Made by a program: the position numbers and the translations under genes. DNA of 64,000 bases from Candidatus Omnitrophota bacterium (GTDB lineage: Bacteria > Omnitrophota > Gorgyraeia > B26-G9 > JBDRCZ01). Every line of letters starts with the position of its first letter. Position 1 is the stretch's first letter. Shown one piece after another: positions 1 through 10,500 of the stretch. The stretch lies in contig JBDRCZ010000017.1 in the NCBI GenBank assembly GCA_043821285.1, forward strand, positions 15,947 to 79,946. Direction: 5' to 3'. The notes beneath the pieces are model-generated. The model saw only the letters and a list, made by a program, of their open reading frames with translations, did no database searches and had not been told where the DNA came from.

Positions 1-982
1 GGATACCCTGAGGATACTTTCAAAAATACTTGCTCATTCACCCGTTCCCGTTGGAACCGTACCGATATACCAGTCCGCGGTAGCGATGAAACAAAAGAAA
101 AAAAAGATTATCGATATGACGGCAGAGGATATGATCGCAGCGGTAGAAACCCATGCCAAAATGGGTGTGGATTTTATGACCATTCATTGCGGTGTCATTC
201 AGGAAACAGTAGCGCGGCTTAAGGCGGAAGGCCGGATTTTAGATATTGTTAGCCGCGGCGGGTCATTTCTCCTGGAATGGATGGTCCATAACAAAAAGGA
301 AAATCCTTTCTACCGGTATTTTGATAAAATATTGCAGATTGCCAGCAGATATGACATGGTTTTAAGCTTAGGTGATGGATTAAGACCAGGGGCAATTATT
401 GATTCTACGGATCGGGCACAAATCCAGGAATTAATCATCTTGGGAGAACAGGCAAAAAAGGCGCAGGAACGCGGAATACAGGTAATTATTGAAGGTCCCG
501 GACACCTCCCGCTTTCTGATATTGAAGCGAACGTTTTGTTGGCAAAAAAGATTTGCCATGATGCACCTTTTTATGTTTTAGGACCGTTGGTTACGGATGT
601 TGCTTTAGGATACGATCATATCTGCGGAGCAATTGGGGGAGCAATTGCCGCAATGCACGGGGCAGATTTTTTATGTTACGTAACCCCATCCGAACACCTG
701 CATTTGCCAGATGCCGATGATGTAAAAGAGGGGGTAATTGCTTCACGGATTGCGGCGCATGCAGCAGATATTGCCAAGAATGTCCCTGGCGCCAAAGACT
801 GGGATTTAAAAATATCTTTAGCCCGCAGAAAGCGGGACTGGAAAACGCAGATAAAACTATCCCTTGACAAACAACGTGCAAAGAAATACCATAATAAGTC
901 TTCAGCCAGCCATACGGATGTATGTACGATGTGCGGGGAATATTGTTCGATAAAAATAGCCGAAAAGAATTTGCGGGGATAA
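1..982 (+). CDS. thiC: Phosphomethylpyrimidine synthase ThiC, C-terminal part (5' end lies outside the window)
   Basis: Track ORF 86..982 is only the distal part. Translating upstream in the same frame from position 2 gives ...VPVGTVPIYQSAVAM..., containing the GTVPIYQ motif conserved in ThiC. C-terminal CTMCGEYCS tail is typical of ThiC. Stop TAA at 980-982. Confidence 0.8.
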   Translation, partial: DTLRILSKILAHSPVPVGTVPIYQSAVAMKQKKKKIIDMTAEDMIAAVETHAKMGVDFMTIHCGVIQETVARLKAEGRILDIVSRGGSFLLEWMVHNKKENPFYRYFDKILQIASRYDMVLSLGDGLRPGAIIDSTDRAQIQELIILGEQAKKAQERGIQVIIEGPGHLPLSDIEANVLLAKKICHDAPFYVLGPLVTDVALGYDHICGAIGGAIAAMHGADFLCYVTPSEHLHLPDADDVKEGVIASRIAAHAADIAKNVPGAKDWDLKISLARRKRDWKTQIKLSLDKQRAKKYHNKSSASHTDVCTMCGEYCSIKIAEKNLRG

Positions 983-1047
983 TTCAGGGGCAGAATGCAA
1001 GCTTCCCAAGCTTGACGTCGCGGGTTCGAATCCCGTTCCCCGCTCCA
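973..1047 (+). tRNA. tRNA-Gly (anticodon CCC), CCA encoded
   Basis: Hand-folded cloverleaf: acceptor GCGGGGA/TCCCCGC, D-stem ATTC/GAAT, anticodon stem CAAGC/GCTTG with loop TTCCCAA (anticodon CCC), T-arm GCGGG-TTCGAAT-CCCGT, discriminator T, CCA. Overlaps the last 10 nt of thiC. Confidence 0.75.
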
Positions 1048-1121
1048 GTAAAGATAGTGTACAATGAACTATTTATAGTTTACAGCAGGAGAACCAGAAA
1101 AAATGGTTTTTAGGGAAAAAG

Positions 1122-1343
1122 ATGCCAATATATGAATTTGAATGTTTTAACTGTCATAAAGAATTTGAGCAGTTTTTTCATTCGGCAAATCAAGAGTTGA
1201 GCATACAGTGTTCTCATTGTAATTCAAGAAAAATTAAACGAATTTTTTCAATTTTTGGATTTAAATCAAAAGATAAAAGCTCTGGTAGTAATAGTTCAGG
1301 ATGCACGTCATGTACCACTGGTAATTGTAGTAGCTGTCAATAA
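1122..1343 (+). CDS. FmdB-family zinc-ribbon protein
   Basis: N-terminal MPIYEFECxxCxxxFE followed by a second CxxC pair (CSHCNS), then a Ser/Cys-rich tail; classic FmdB zinc-ribbon pattern. Confidence 0.6.
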   Translation: MPIYEFECFNCHKEFEQFFHSANQELSIQCSHCNSRKIKRIFSIFGFKSKDKSSGSNSSGCTSCTTGNCSSCQ

Positions 1344-1593
1344 ATTATTGCCTTCAGCACTAATTTATTGACTACCTTTTCTTTTTCAAAGAAAAGAAAA
1401 AATAAAGTAACGGATTAACACTGATTAAACACAGACCTCGCCTATGCAGAGCTTCGGCGGGTATTTTGGGTAGTATTACTGTTAAGCAGGGGTCCATTAA
1501 AAATCCGTGCAACATCTGTGGCTAAAAAATATATGAAATTCACGCATTATTCAGAATAATCTCCTATAAAATTGTGGAAATCTGTGTATAAAT

Positions 1594-3228
1594 ATGTTTA
1601 GCGAGCCAGTTATAAAAGAAAAATTTTTCGGGCGCAAGCTGCTTCTGGACTTATTGAAAAAACGAATTGAGGCTTTTAAAAATGACTATCGCCAGAATGT
1701 TGCGCTGCTTGGACCGGAATTAATTGGTAAAACTTCCCTGGTATTAGAATTACTTAATCAACATAACGACAAGACGATTATTCCGGTTTATGTAGAGGTT
1801 AAATCAGAACCCCTGCAGTTTTTTGTGCAAAAATTCATTGGTGTCTTTTTAAACCGCTTTATCACCACGGTTGAACATCAATCTCCCGAAGATCTAAATT
1901 TGCTGATTAAAAAATGCCGCCAGCATGCCAGCAAAACTTATCTTGGAATTAAAGATGTTTTTTCCCATTTAGAAAATAATAATAATAATGAAGCCTTTGT
2001 TCGGTTACTGCAATTGCCGGTAATATTTTATGCCGAGACAAATAAACGCTGCCTGATTGCAATAGATGAGTTTCAGAATTTGGAAACTTTAAAAATCAAT
2101 AATCCATTTAAGGTCTTAAGTAATGCAATTATGATGCAAAAGACAACGATGTATATCATTACCAGCTCCTGGGAGGCAAAGGCCAGGCAAATATTGTCCG
2201 AAAAGCTTAGTCTGTTATTTGGAAATTTTGAAACCCTGCATATCACTTCATTTGATATGCCGACCAGTAAGTTTTTTTTGGATAAAAAACTTATGGATAT
2301 CGAAATGCAGGACCTGTGCAAGAAATTTTTATATAATTTAACCATGGGGAAACCATTTTATTTAGATTTGATTGTCGAACGTTTAAAACGCCTTTTTGCC
2401 GCAGATAAAACAAAAAAAATGACCAGAGAATTAATTATCGATGCATTAAATGATCTCTTGTTTGACCCGCGTGGCATATTACATCAGTACTTTGAACATC
2501 ATATCGGAACGTTTTTACAGAATCGTACGTACTGCACATTTTCTTTAATTTTAAATGCGCTTGCCGATGGACAAAAAAGGACAGCCGGTATTTCAAAATA
2601 TACCAATCGGCCGGTAAAAGACATCACACAACATCTCTCGCAATTGATCAATATGGAAATTGTTCAACGTAGCGGAAGCTTTAACCGCTTGCATGATCCG
2701 ATGTTGAAATTATGGCTGAAATATGTATATAAAACACGGCAACAGAATTATTCGACTAATCCACAGATGCTTTCTACCGCATTCAATATGGCGATTGATG
2801 ATAATTTTACCGCTTTTTGTGATACGGACCGTAAAAATTTAGGGGAAATTCTCTTGACACTTTTTGAATCTTTTGGCAATGAAATTGTAGAAATTGGCAA
2901 AAAAAGATTCAAATTGTCAAAATTTAAAAAAGTTGAATTAAAAAATCAATCGGGGTTCTGCTATATTATTGCTACTCCAGCCTCATCACAAAAACAATGG
3001 ATCTGCCTCTTGGAAAATAAACTGATTACGGAACAGGATATTATCGATTTTAGTCAATATCTGCGTAATGCTAAACTGCGCCCAATACGCAAGATTATTG
3101 TTACAATTCGCACGTTGGATGTTAATGCAAAACTGAAAGCATTAGAAGATAAGTTTATAATCTGGGAAATTGAAACTTTGAATTCGCTTTTGGATTTATA
3201 CAGCCGATGCGGCGTTGTTAGGTGGTAA
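1594..3228 (+). CDS. ATPase (archaeal-type AAA ATPase with a DUF234-like C-terminal region)
   Basis: Walker A-like LGPELIGKTSL near the N-terminus and a DExx-like IAIDEFQN motif; 544 aa. Confidence 0.55.
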   Translation: MFSEPVIKEKFFGRKLLLDLLKKRIEAFKNDYRQNVALLGPELIGKTSLVLELLNQHNDKTIIPVYVEVKSEPLQFFVQKFIGVFLNRFITTVEHQSPEDLNLLIKKCRQHASKTYLGIKDVFSHLENNNNNEAFVRLLQLPVIFYAETNKRCLIAIDEFQNLETLKINNPFKVLSNAIMMQKTTMYIITSSWEAKARQILSEKLSLLFGNFETLHITSFDMPTSKFFLDKKLMDIEMQDLCKKFLYNLTMGKPFYLDLIVERLKRLFAADKTKKMTRELIIDALNDLLFDPRGILHQYFEHHIGTFLQNRTYCTFSLILNALADGQKRTAGISKYTNRPVKDITQHLSQLINMEIVQRSGSFNRLHDPMLKLWLKYVYKTRQQNYSTNPQMLSTAFNMAIDDNFTAFCDTDRKNLGEILLTLFESFGNEIVEIGKKRFKLSKFKKVELKNQSGFCYIIATPASSQKQWICLLENKLITEQDIIDFSQYLRNAKLRPIRKIIVTIRTLDVNAKLKALEDKFIIWEIETLNSLLDLYSRCGVVRW

Positions 3229-3718
3229 AATGAAAATTGGTATTTTATCGGATACACACATACATCTGCCAAAAGATAAAATCCCGGCAGCTTTAATTGA
3301 TGGACTAAAAAACGTTGATTTAATTTTGCATGCGGGTGATATATTGGATTTGGCGGTGATTAGAAAATTAGAAAAAATTGCCCAGGTTAAAGCAGTACAG
3401 GGAAATATGGATACCCCAGTGCTTAAAGAGATATTGCCGGAGAGAGAATTAATACGCGCGGAACAGATTAAAATCGGGTTAATCCACGGCTGGGGGCCGC
3501 CGGTCGGCCTATTAGATCGGGTAAAAGAGCTGTTTTATACAATGAAGGTGGATGTAGTTATATTTGGACATTCACATACCCCGATGATAAAAAAAATAGA
3601 TGGAGTTTTGTTTATAAACCCGGGCAGCCCGACAGATAAAATTTTTGCCCCTTACAATTCATATGTTGTTTTAGAGGTCAAAGGGAATAAAGCAGAAGCG
3701 CAGATTGTTAAGATATAA
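3215..3718 (+). CDS. Metallophosphoesterase, YfcE/MJ0936 family
   Basis: Motifs GILSDTH, HAGD, GNMD, FGHSH(TP) in the correct order for calcineurin-like phosphoesterases. The true start is probably the ATG at about 3230 (MKIGIL...), overlapping the upstream gene by a few nt. Confidence 0.8.
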   Translation: MLGGKMKIGILSDTHIHLPKDKIPAALIDGLKNVDLILHAGDILDLAVIRKLEKIAQVKAVQGNMDTPVLKEILPERELIRAEQIKIGLIHGWGPPVGLLDRVKELFYTMKVDVVIFGHSHTPMIKKIDGVLFINPGSPTDKIFAPYNSYVVLEVKGNKAEAQIVKI

Positions 3719-3827
3719 CAACAATTAACAGTTTACGGTTTACAGTGAGATCGTGATGCGTAACTGTTGGCCAGGCAGAAATAAGTTATAACTTATAGGT
3801 AGTGTCAAAAATAAAATGAAAAACCGG

Positions 3828-4201
3828 AAAGCAACCACAGATTACGCAGATAGTTATAAAGATTTTAAGAGGGGAGAAAATCTGTGGTGAATGGATCAGT
3901 GGTGAAAGAAAGAGAAAAAGATTTTCCATATTCAAGGAGATAATATACAAGATAATTGGTGCGGCAATGGAAGTCCACAAGTAGTTAGGATGTGGAATTC
4001 TTGAAGCAGTAGATGAAGAAGGAGTAAGTAGAGAATTTAGAAGAAAATGATTATTATTTAACATAGGTAGAGTTTCTTTAGAATATAAGAGAGTAATAAG
4101 GTAGAAAATACACTTATAACCACAGATTAAATCACCACAGATTTATACAAATAATTTAAAAGAATAAAATCATTTTAATCTGTGAAATCTGTGGTTGCTT
4201 T
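3828..4201. repeat. MITE-like element bounded by 16-bp inverted repeats (AAAGCAACCACAGATT ... AATCTGTGGTTGCTTT), internally rich in CCACAGATT/AATCTGTGG 9-mers
   Basis: Perfect terminal inverted repeats at 3828-3843 and 4186-4201. At least 6 copies of the 9-mer in both orientations inside. No ORF of convincing coding character. It fills the whole intergenic gap before the thyA-like gene. Confidence 0.4.
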
Positions 4202-4221
4202 AAAAGATATACGAAAGATTT

Positions 4222-5079
4222 TTGACAGAACCAACTTATAAACAAGGGGTAGTCGTAATGAATATAAATGGTAACATCCCGGTATTTTTGGTTCAGGGTG
4301 AGACTCTCCCTGAAGTTTGGGAGCGCGCGGTTATTAAAATCTGGGAAAATGGGGTTGATATTAAAACAGAATATGATAAAAAAGACGATCCGCCAAGTAA
4401 AGATGCAACAATGACAATGGTTGTCAATCAACCTTTTTCCGAGCCAAGAATTCACCGTGCGTTTCCCGCAGGGCTGGAGGACCTTGAAATTTACAAGCAA
4501 GAGGTCGTCTATGGCGTTCATGACCATTGGATAAATCCAGAAGAAGGTAAATGGACATATACCTACCATAAACGTTTATTTGAATATGAAATCGAGCAGG
4601 AAATAATCAGACAAATAGATTATATTATTAAAAAATTATCACAAAACGGCTATTCCCGCCGTGCACAAGCAATAACATGGAATCCAAAACTTGACCCGCA
4701 GACTGATGATCCTCCGTGTCTGCAGAGAATTTGGTGCCGGCTTATGACCAATAGCGATGGAAAAAAGGTATTGAACATGAACACCCATTGGCGAAGCCGA
4801 GATGCGTATAAAGCAGCATTTATGAATATTTTTGCCTTGACGGAACTGCAGAAGCTGATTGCCGATAGAATATCCGAAATATTAAAATTCGAAGTTATTG
4901 TTGGCCGCTATGTAGATATAAGCGATAGTTTTCATATCTATGGTTCTTATTATCAGGAATTTCAGAAATTTTTAAATCTTGTTAAAAACCGAACATTTGC
5001 CGAGCGCACCTGGACGACGGAATTTGCCCAGAGTTTTTTTGACGAAGCTGACAAAAAACTACATGATCGTGCGGTGTAG
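4222..5079 (+). CDS. Thymidylate synthase (ThyA) family protein, divergent
   Basis: RRAQAITWNPKLDP...DDPPCLQRIW matches the ThyA signature R-x(6)-WNP-x-D ... PPC (catalytic Cys) but deviates after the Cys (canonical PPCHxxxQF). The real start is probably the ATG at 4258 (MNINGN...), which is preceded by GGGG. Confidence 0.55.
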   Translation: MTEPTYKQGVVVMNINGNIPVFLVQGETLPEVWERAVIKIWENGVDIKTEYDKKDDPPSKDATMTMVVNQPFSEPRIHRAFPAGLEDLEIYKQEVVYGVHDHWINPEEGKWTYTYHKRLFEYEIEQEIIRQIDYIIKKLSQNGYSRRAQAITWNPKLDPQTDDPPCLQRIWCRLMTNSDGKKVLNMNTHWRSRDAYKAAFMNIFALTELQKLIADRISEILKFEVIVGRYVDISDSFHIYGSYYQEFQKFLNLVKNRTFAERTWTTEFAQSFFDEADKKLHDRAV

Positions 5080-5112
5080 AACATCAAAAATAATAAAAAA
5101 GAAAAAGATAAT

Positions 5113-5201
5113 GCCACAGATTTTCACTGATTGAACACGGATAAAAAACAAAAGACAAATATTAAATAAAAATCCGTGTTTCATTCGTGTGAATCCGTGG
5201 C
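5113..5201. repeat. Small inverted-repeat element (GCCACAGATT ... AATCCGTGGC), same family as 3828-4201, 16432-16506 and about 1398-1587
   Basis: Imperfect 10-bp terminal inverted repeats. Shares the internal string CACTGATTGAACACGGATAAAAAA with the copy at 16432 and ATC(T/C)GTGGCTAAAAAA with the copy near 1515. Confidence 0.35.
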
Positions 5202-5289
5202 TAAAAAAATAGTTAAACTACGCGTAACACAAATTAACACGAACAGCAAAGGCTTTATTCTTAAAAGGGTAGGTAATTTTTGACAGAAC

Positions 5290-5796
5290 TTGCTGTCACA
5301 GCGGAGAAGATACGTGGATAGGCTTTGGGCACCATGGCGGATAGCTTATGTTAACAAAAGGGTAAAGAGAAAATGCATATTTTGTATAGAAGCTAAAAAG
5401 ATAAATCTTAGAAAAAACTATATTGTTGAAACAGGCAGGTACAGTTTTGTGATTTTGAATATTTTTCCCTATAACAATGGACATTTGATGATTGTACCAT
5501 ACCGGCACTTGCCTGACGTCTCTATACTGAGAACTGAAGAGTGGAATGAAATGTTAAAATTTATTAAAATATATAAATCTTATCTCTCAAAAATACTTAA
5601 TCCCGACGGCTATAATCTGGGTATAAACATTGGACGCGCGGCTGGGGCCGGTTTTGCCAACCATGTGCATTTACATATTGTTCCGCGCTGGATCGGGGAT
5701 AGTAATTTTATGCCCGCGATAACAAAGACTAAGATAATCTCTCAGTCACTCGATGAATTGTATAAGCAGTTAAAAAAATGGCAGAAAAAGAAGTAA
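5290..5796 (+). CDS. HIT-family hydrolase / Ap4A phosphorylase-like protein
   Basis: HIT motif HVHLHIVPR, upstream CIFC motif, and an N-terminal LWAPWRxxY motif characteristic of the GalT-like/Ap4A phosphorylase branch. Overlaps guaA by 19 nt. Confidence 0.7.
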   Translation: MLSQRRRYVDRLWAPWRIAYVNKRVKRKCIFCIEAKKINLRKNYIVETGRYSFVILNIFPYNNGHLMIVPYRHLPDVSILRTEEWNEMLKFIKIYKSYLSKILNPDGYNLGINIGRAAGAGFANHVHLHIVPRWIGDSNFMPAITKTKIISQSLDELYKQLKKWQKKK

Positions 5797-7322
5797 TATT
5801 AATTCTTGATTTTGGCTCTCAATATACCCAGTTAATTGCCAGACGCGTGCGGGAACTGGATGTTTATTCAGAGGTCTTACCGGCAAATGCCGCATTTAAT
5901 CTTATAAAAAAACATAATCCTTGCGGGATAATCCTCTCTGGCGGACCGGCTAGTGTTTATAAAGATTGTGCGCCAGAGTGCCATAAGGAGATCCTGCACT
6001 TAGGAATTCCGATTTTAGGCATCTGTTATGGCATGCAGTTAATCGTAAAATTTTTTGGCGGGCAAGTAATATCAGGACATAAACGGGAATATGGGCCAGC
6101 CAAACTCAAAATTATAGATAAAACGGATTTGTTTTATAAAATTGATACAACAATAAGCTGCTGGATGAGTCATGGTGACCGGGTCAATACTTTACCGGAT
6201 GATTTTAAGGCGCTTGCTTACACGGATAATTCTCGATATGCAGCAATTGCTAATAAAAGGCTTAATATTTACGGCGTACAGTTTCATCCGGAGGTTGTCC
6301 ATACCCCCTGTGGAAAAAAAATTATTCATAATTTTTTATATAAAATCTGCAGCTGTCAAGGTGCATGGTCAGTAACATCTTTTATTAAGGAAAAAATAAA
6401 AGAAATTAAATCAACCGTAAAAAACTCAAAAGTTATCCTGGGATTAAGCGGCGGAGTCGATTCCGCGGTTGCGGCAGTATTAATCCATCAGGCGATTGGC
6501 CGACAGTTAACCTGCATCTTTGTCGATAATGGACTGTTAAGACTTGGCGAGCTGAAAAAGGTTAAGGAAACATTTACCAGAAATTTTAATATAAATTTGC
6601 ATTGTCTGGATGCCCGCAGGCAGTTTTTGAAGAAACTTGCCGGGATTACTGATCCGGAACAAAAACGGAAAATAATTGGTAAGCTGTTTATCCGCGTATT
6701 TGAACAGGAAGCAAGAAAAACCGGCAACATCGAATACCTTGCCCAGGGCACGTTATATCCGGATGTCATCGAGAGCCGTTCCGTGTTTGGCGGACCGACC
6801 GCTAAAATAAAATCCCATCATAATGTCGGCGGGCTTCCGGAAAAGATGCATTTAAAATTGCTGGAACCGTTTAAATTTTTGTTTAAAGACGAAGTACGGC
6901 AAGTCGGTAAAAAAATGGGACTGGCTGCGGAAATTATCTCCCGTCAGCCGTTCCCCGGTCCGGGGCTAGCCGTTAGAATTATTGGTGCGGTAACTGAAAA
7001 TAGACTCGATATTTTGCGAAAGGCAGACCGGTGTGTGCTCGAAGAGATAAAAGCCAGTGGCCTTTATCAGCAGATATGGCAGGCATTTGCCGTGCTCTTA
7101 CCAATAAAAACAGTCGGGGTAATGGGCGATGAACGTACATATGAGAATGTTATTGCATTAAGGGCCGTTACCAGTTTAGATGGGATGACCGCAGACTGGG
7201 CAAGATTACCGTATAATGTCCTGGAAAAGATTTCCAATCGTATTATCAATGAAGTTAAAGGTGTTAACCGGGTAGTATACGACATTAGCACAAAACCACC
7301 GGCAACGATTGAGTGGGAATAA
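5778..7322 (+). CDS. guaA: GMP synthase (glutamine-hydrolysing)
   Basis: N-terminal class I glutamine amidotransferase ([27 protein letters not shown]), central ATP-pyrophosphatase P-loop [13 protein letters not shown]-terminal dimerisation region ending ...TIEWE; 514 aa. Confidence 0.95.
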   Translation: MAEKEVILILDFGSQYTQLIARRVRELDVYSEVLPANAAFNLIKKHNPCGIILSGGPASVYKDCAPECHKEILHLGIPILGICYGMQLIVKFFGGQVISGHKREYGPAKLKIIDKTDLFYKIDTTISCWMSHGDRVNTLPDDFKALAYTDNSRYAAIANKRLNIYGVQFHPEVVHTPCGKKIIHNFLYKICSCQGAWSVTSFIKEKIKEIKSTVKNSKVILGLSGGVDSAVAAVLIHQAIGRQLTCIFVDNGLLRLGELKKVKETFTRNFNINLHCLDARRQFLKKLAGITDPEQKRKIIGKLFIRVFEQEARKTGNIEYLAQGTLYPDVIESRSVFGGPTAKIKSHHNVGGLPEKMHLKLLEPFKFLFKDEVRQVGKKMGLAAEIISRQPFPGPGLAVRIIGAVTENRLDILRKADRCVLEEIKASGLYQQIWQAFAVLLPIKTVGVMGDERTYENVIALRAVTSLDGMTADWARLPYNVLEKISNRIINEVKGVNRVVYDISTKPPATIEWE

Positions 7323-7329
7323 GTAATAA

Positions 7330-7525
7330 AAAGTATTGCGTATCGAGCATTGCGTATTGCGTTTCTTTAAGATAAGAATTTTAATTTTTTTGCTTTTACT
7401 GTTAGCTGCTTGCCCCCAGGATAGGGGTAAACTGAACAGCATGCTCTGTACCCTTTGCTTTATGCTTTGCGTTTTATTCGCAATACTCAATACTCAATAC
7501 TCAATACTTAATACGCGATACGAAA
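7330..7525. repeat. Heptamer-repeat element: inverted arms of GTATTGCG/CGCAATAC-type units with 4-5 tandem ACTCAAT heptamers (7478-7521)
   Basis: Left arm GTATTGCGTATCGAGCATTGCGTATTGCG. Right arm CGCAATACTCAATACTCAATACTCAATACTTAATACGCGATACG, directly read. The same CAATAC units recur in the giant-gene leaders. Confidence 0.45.
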
Positions 7526-7528
7526 AAA

Positions 7529-10500
7529 ATGAAGCATTCCGATTTTGTGCACTTACATGTGCATACACAATATAGTCTTTTAGATGGGGCCTGTATGATC
7601 GATAATTTGGTCGATCAGGCTTATCAGCTGAAAATGCCGGCCTTAGCCATGACCGACCATGGTAACATGTTTGGCACAATTGAGTTCTATCAAGCCGCAA
7701 TGAATAAAGGGGTAAAACCAATAATTGGATGTGAGGTATATATTGCACCGGAAAGCCGTTTAAAAAAAACATCCAAGGCCGGGCGGGATACCGCATATCA
7801 TTTATTACTCTTAGCTAAAGATGAACAGGGATACAAGAATTTAATGAAGCTTGTATCAATTGGTTATCTTGAAGGATTTTATTATAAACCGAGAATAGAT
7901 AAAGAAATCCTGGGAAAATATGCCAAAGGTTTGATTGGTCTGAGCAGCTGCCTTAAAGGAGAAATTCCGGTGTTGATTGCCTCCGGATTAATTGAACAGG
8001 CAAAAAAAACAACCGCAGAATTTATTGATATTTTTGGTAAAGACGATTTTTATTTAGAGCTGCAGGATTCCGGCATCACTCAGCAAAGAACGGTTAACCG
8101 GCACTTACTCGAATTTGCCAGACAATTTGAAATTTTACCCGTTGCTACAAACGATGTGCATTATTTACTTAAAGAGCATGCGCAGGCACATGAAATATTG
8201 TTATGTATCCAGACACAAACAACATTAGCTGATCCCGGTCATATGCGTTTTCAAACCGAAGAGTTTTATCTTAAAAATCCTCAAGAAATGCATAGTTTAT
8301 TTTCGGATGTCCCGCAAGCGCTGAGAAATACCTTGGCGATAACAGAAAAATGCAATTTAGAACTGGATTTTAGCAAAGTTTATTTGCCGAAATATAAGGT
8401 TCCCGACGGAAAAAAACCAGAGATTTATTTATCGGAGTTATGCCACCACAATTTAAAAACACGCTATCCGGAGCCTACGGAGATTATCTGTAACCGCCTA
8501 ATGCATGAATTAAAAGTAATCAAAGATTTAGGTTATGCCAGCTATTTTCTTATTGTTTGGGATTTTATAAATTTTGCAAAACAAAAATCTATCCCTGTCG
8601 GGCCGGGCCGGGGGTCGGCCGCCGGAAGTATCGTTAGCTATCTCTTAGGGATCACGGATATTGATCCTTTAAAATATGACCTATTATTTGAGAGATTTTT
8701 AAATCCCGAAAGAATCAGTTTACCAGATATTGATATTGATTTTTGTTACGAAAGACGGGAAGAGGTTATTAAATACGTTACCGAGGTGTATGGAAAGGAA
8801 AATGTTGCGCAGATAATTACTTTTGGCACGATGGCCGCTAAAGGGGTAATCCGTGATGTTGCCCGGGTTATGGGACTACCCTACGTAGATGCCGACCGTA
8901 TTGCTAAACTTGTTCCTTATGATATCAATATTACCTTGCAGGATGCAATTAATAATGTTTCTGAACTAACAAATTTATATAAAACAGACCCAACCATAAG
9001 ACAACTTTTGGATACATCTTTATCACTTGAAGGGCTTACGCGTCATGCCTCAACGCATGCGGCGGGGGTGGTGATTAGCAGTGATCGTTTGACCGAGCAC
9101 GTGCCATTGTTTAAGCCTAATGACGCGGGCCAAATTTCCACAGGATATCCCATGGGGGCACTTGAAAAAATAGGCCTTTTAAAAATGGATTTTTTGGGGC
9201 TTAAAACTTTAACCGTTATTGATCAAACACTCAAAATTTTAAAACGTACCGGTAATCTTGAGTTAATAATAGAACATATCCCCCCGGATGATAAAAAGAC
9301 ATATCAGATGCTCTCTGAGGGGAATTCCACCGGAGTATTTCAGCTTGAGAGTTCCGGGATGAGGGAAATATTACGGAAGTTAAGGCCAGAAATGTTTGAG
9401 GATTTAATTGCCATATTAGCGTTATATCGGCCGGGACCTTTAGGCAGCGGAATGGTTGATGATTTTATAAAACGTAAACATAATAAGACAAAAATAAAAT
9501 ATGATCACAAACTGCTGGAACCTATTTTAAAAGATACATATGGGATTATTATTTATCAGGAACAGGTGATGCGGATCGTAAATATTTTAGCCGGGTTTAC
9601 CCTCTCGCAGGCAGATACCATCCGCCGGGCAATGAGCAAGAAAATACCGGAGGTTATCGATCAGCTTCGTAATTCTTTTATCGAGGGTGCAGTAAAAAGA
9701 AATATTAATAAACGGATTGCAGAAAAGATATTTAATTTGATTGAATATTTTGCCGGTTATGGTTTTAATAAAAGTCATTCTGCCGCTTATGCGCAAATAT
9801 CATATTATACGGCCTATTTAAAGGCAAATTACCCGGTTGAATTTATGGCCGCATTGCTGACCAGTGAAAAAGATAATACCGATAAGATTGCTTTGTATAT
9901 TGATGAATTGAAAAGAATGAATATAAAAATCTTGCCGCCTGATATAAACGAAAGTTTTGGTAAATTTACCGTAGTTGGCGGCGCAATAAGATTTGGACTT
10001 TCCGCGGTAAAAAATGTTGGCATCGTTGCGGTCGATGCAATCGTGCGTTCGCGTATTGAGAAAGGTGCGTTTACATCACTTTATGATTTTTCTGAGCGAG
10101 TTGATTTGAGAACGGTTAACCGAAAAGTTATTGAGAGTCTGATAAAATGCGGCGCTTTTGATAGCTTTAAAAAATCAAGGGCATGTCTAATAACATCTAT
10201 CGATAATGCACTGGAAGTGGCGACTTCCATGCAGAAAGATAAACAAAATGGACAATTGACCTTTATCGATAACTTCGGGTATAGTTTATTTAATAAAAAA
10301 GAGAATGACAATATCGAGGTTAAGGAATGGCCGCAAGGTCAGCTGCTTTCGTTCGAAAAGGAGATGCTCGGATTATATATCACCGGACATCCCTTAGCAC
10401 AATATGCCAAGATCTTAAGCAAATTTAATCATTGTTCTTTAAAAAATATTGCCGAATTCAATAATAATGACGTTATGCTTGGCGGTTTAATTGTAAAAGT

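Noticed and set aside
591-881. Antisense ORFs inside well-supported genes (591..881, 676..870, 2073..2345, 6488..6769, 9587..9796, 36442..36747, 50795..51253 and similar)
   Set aside because: They lie fully inside, and opposite to, genes with clear homology. They have no start context or domain content, and are typical shadow ORFs.
3828-4201. CCACAGATT-rich region as the chromosomal replication origin (DnaA-box cluster)
   Set aside because: Matches to TTATCCACA are only 6-8 of 9, and there is no dnaA or dnaN nearby. The same motif forms terminal inverted repeats of small mobile-like elements, which explains it better. Kept only as a remark.
7478-7521. Tandem heptamer arrays as a CRISPR array
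   Set aside because: Units are 7 nt with no spacers of 25-40 nt and no cas genes. They are simple tandem repeats.
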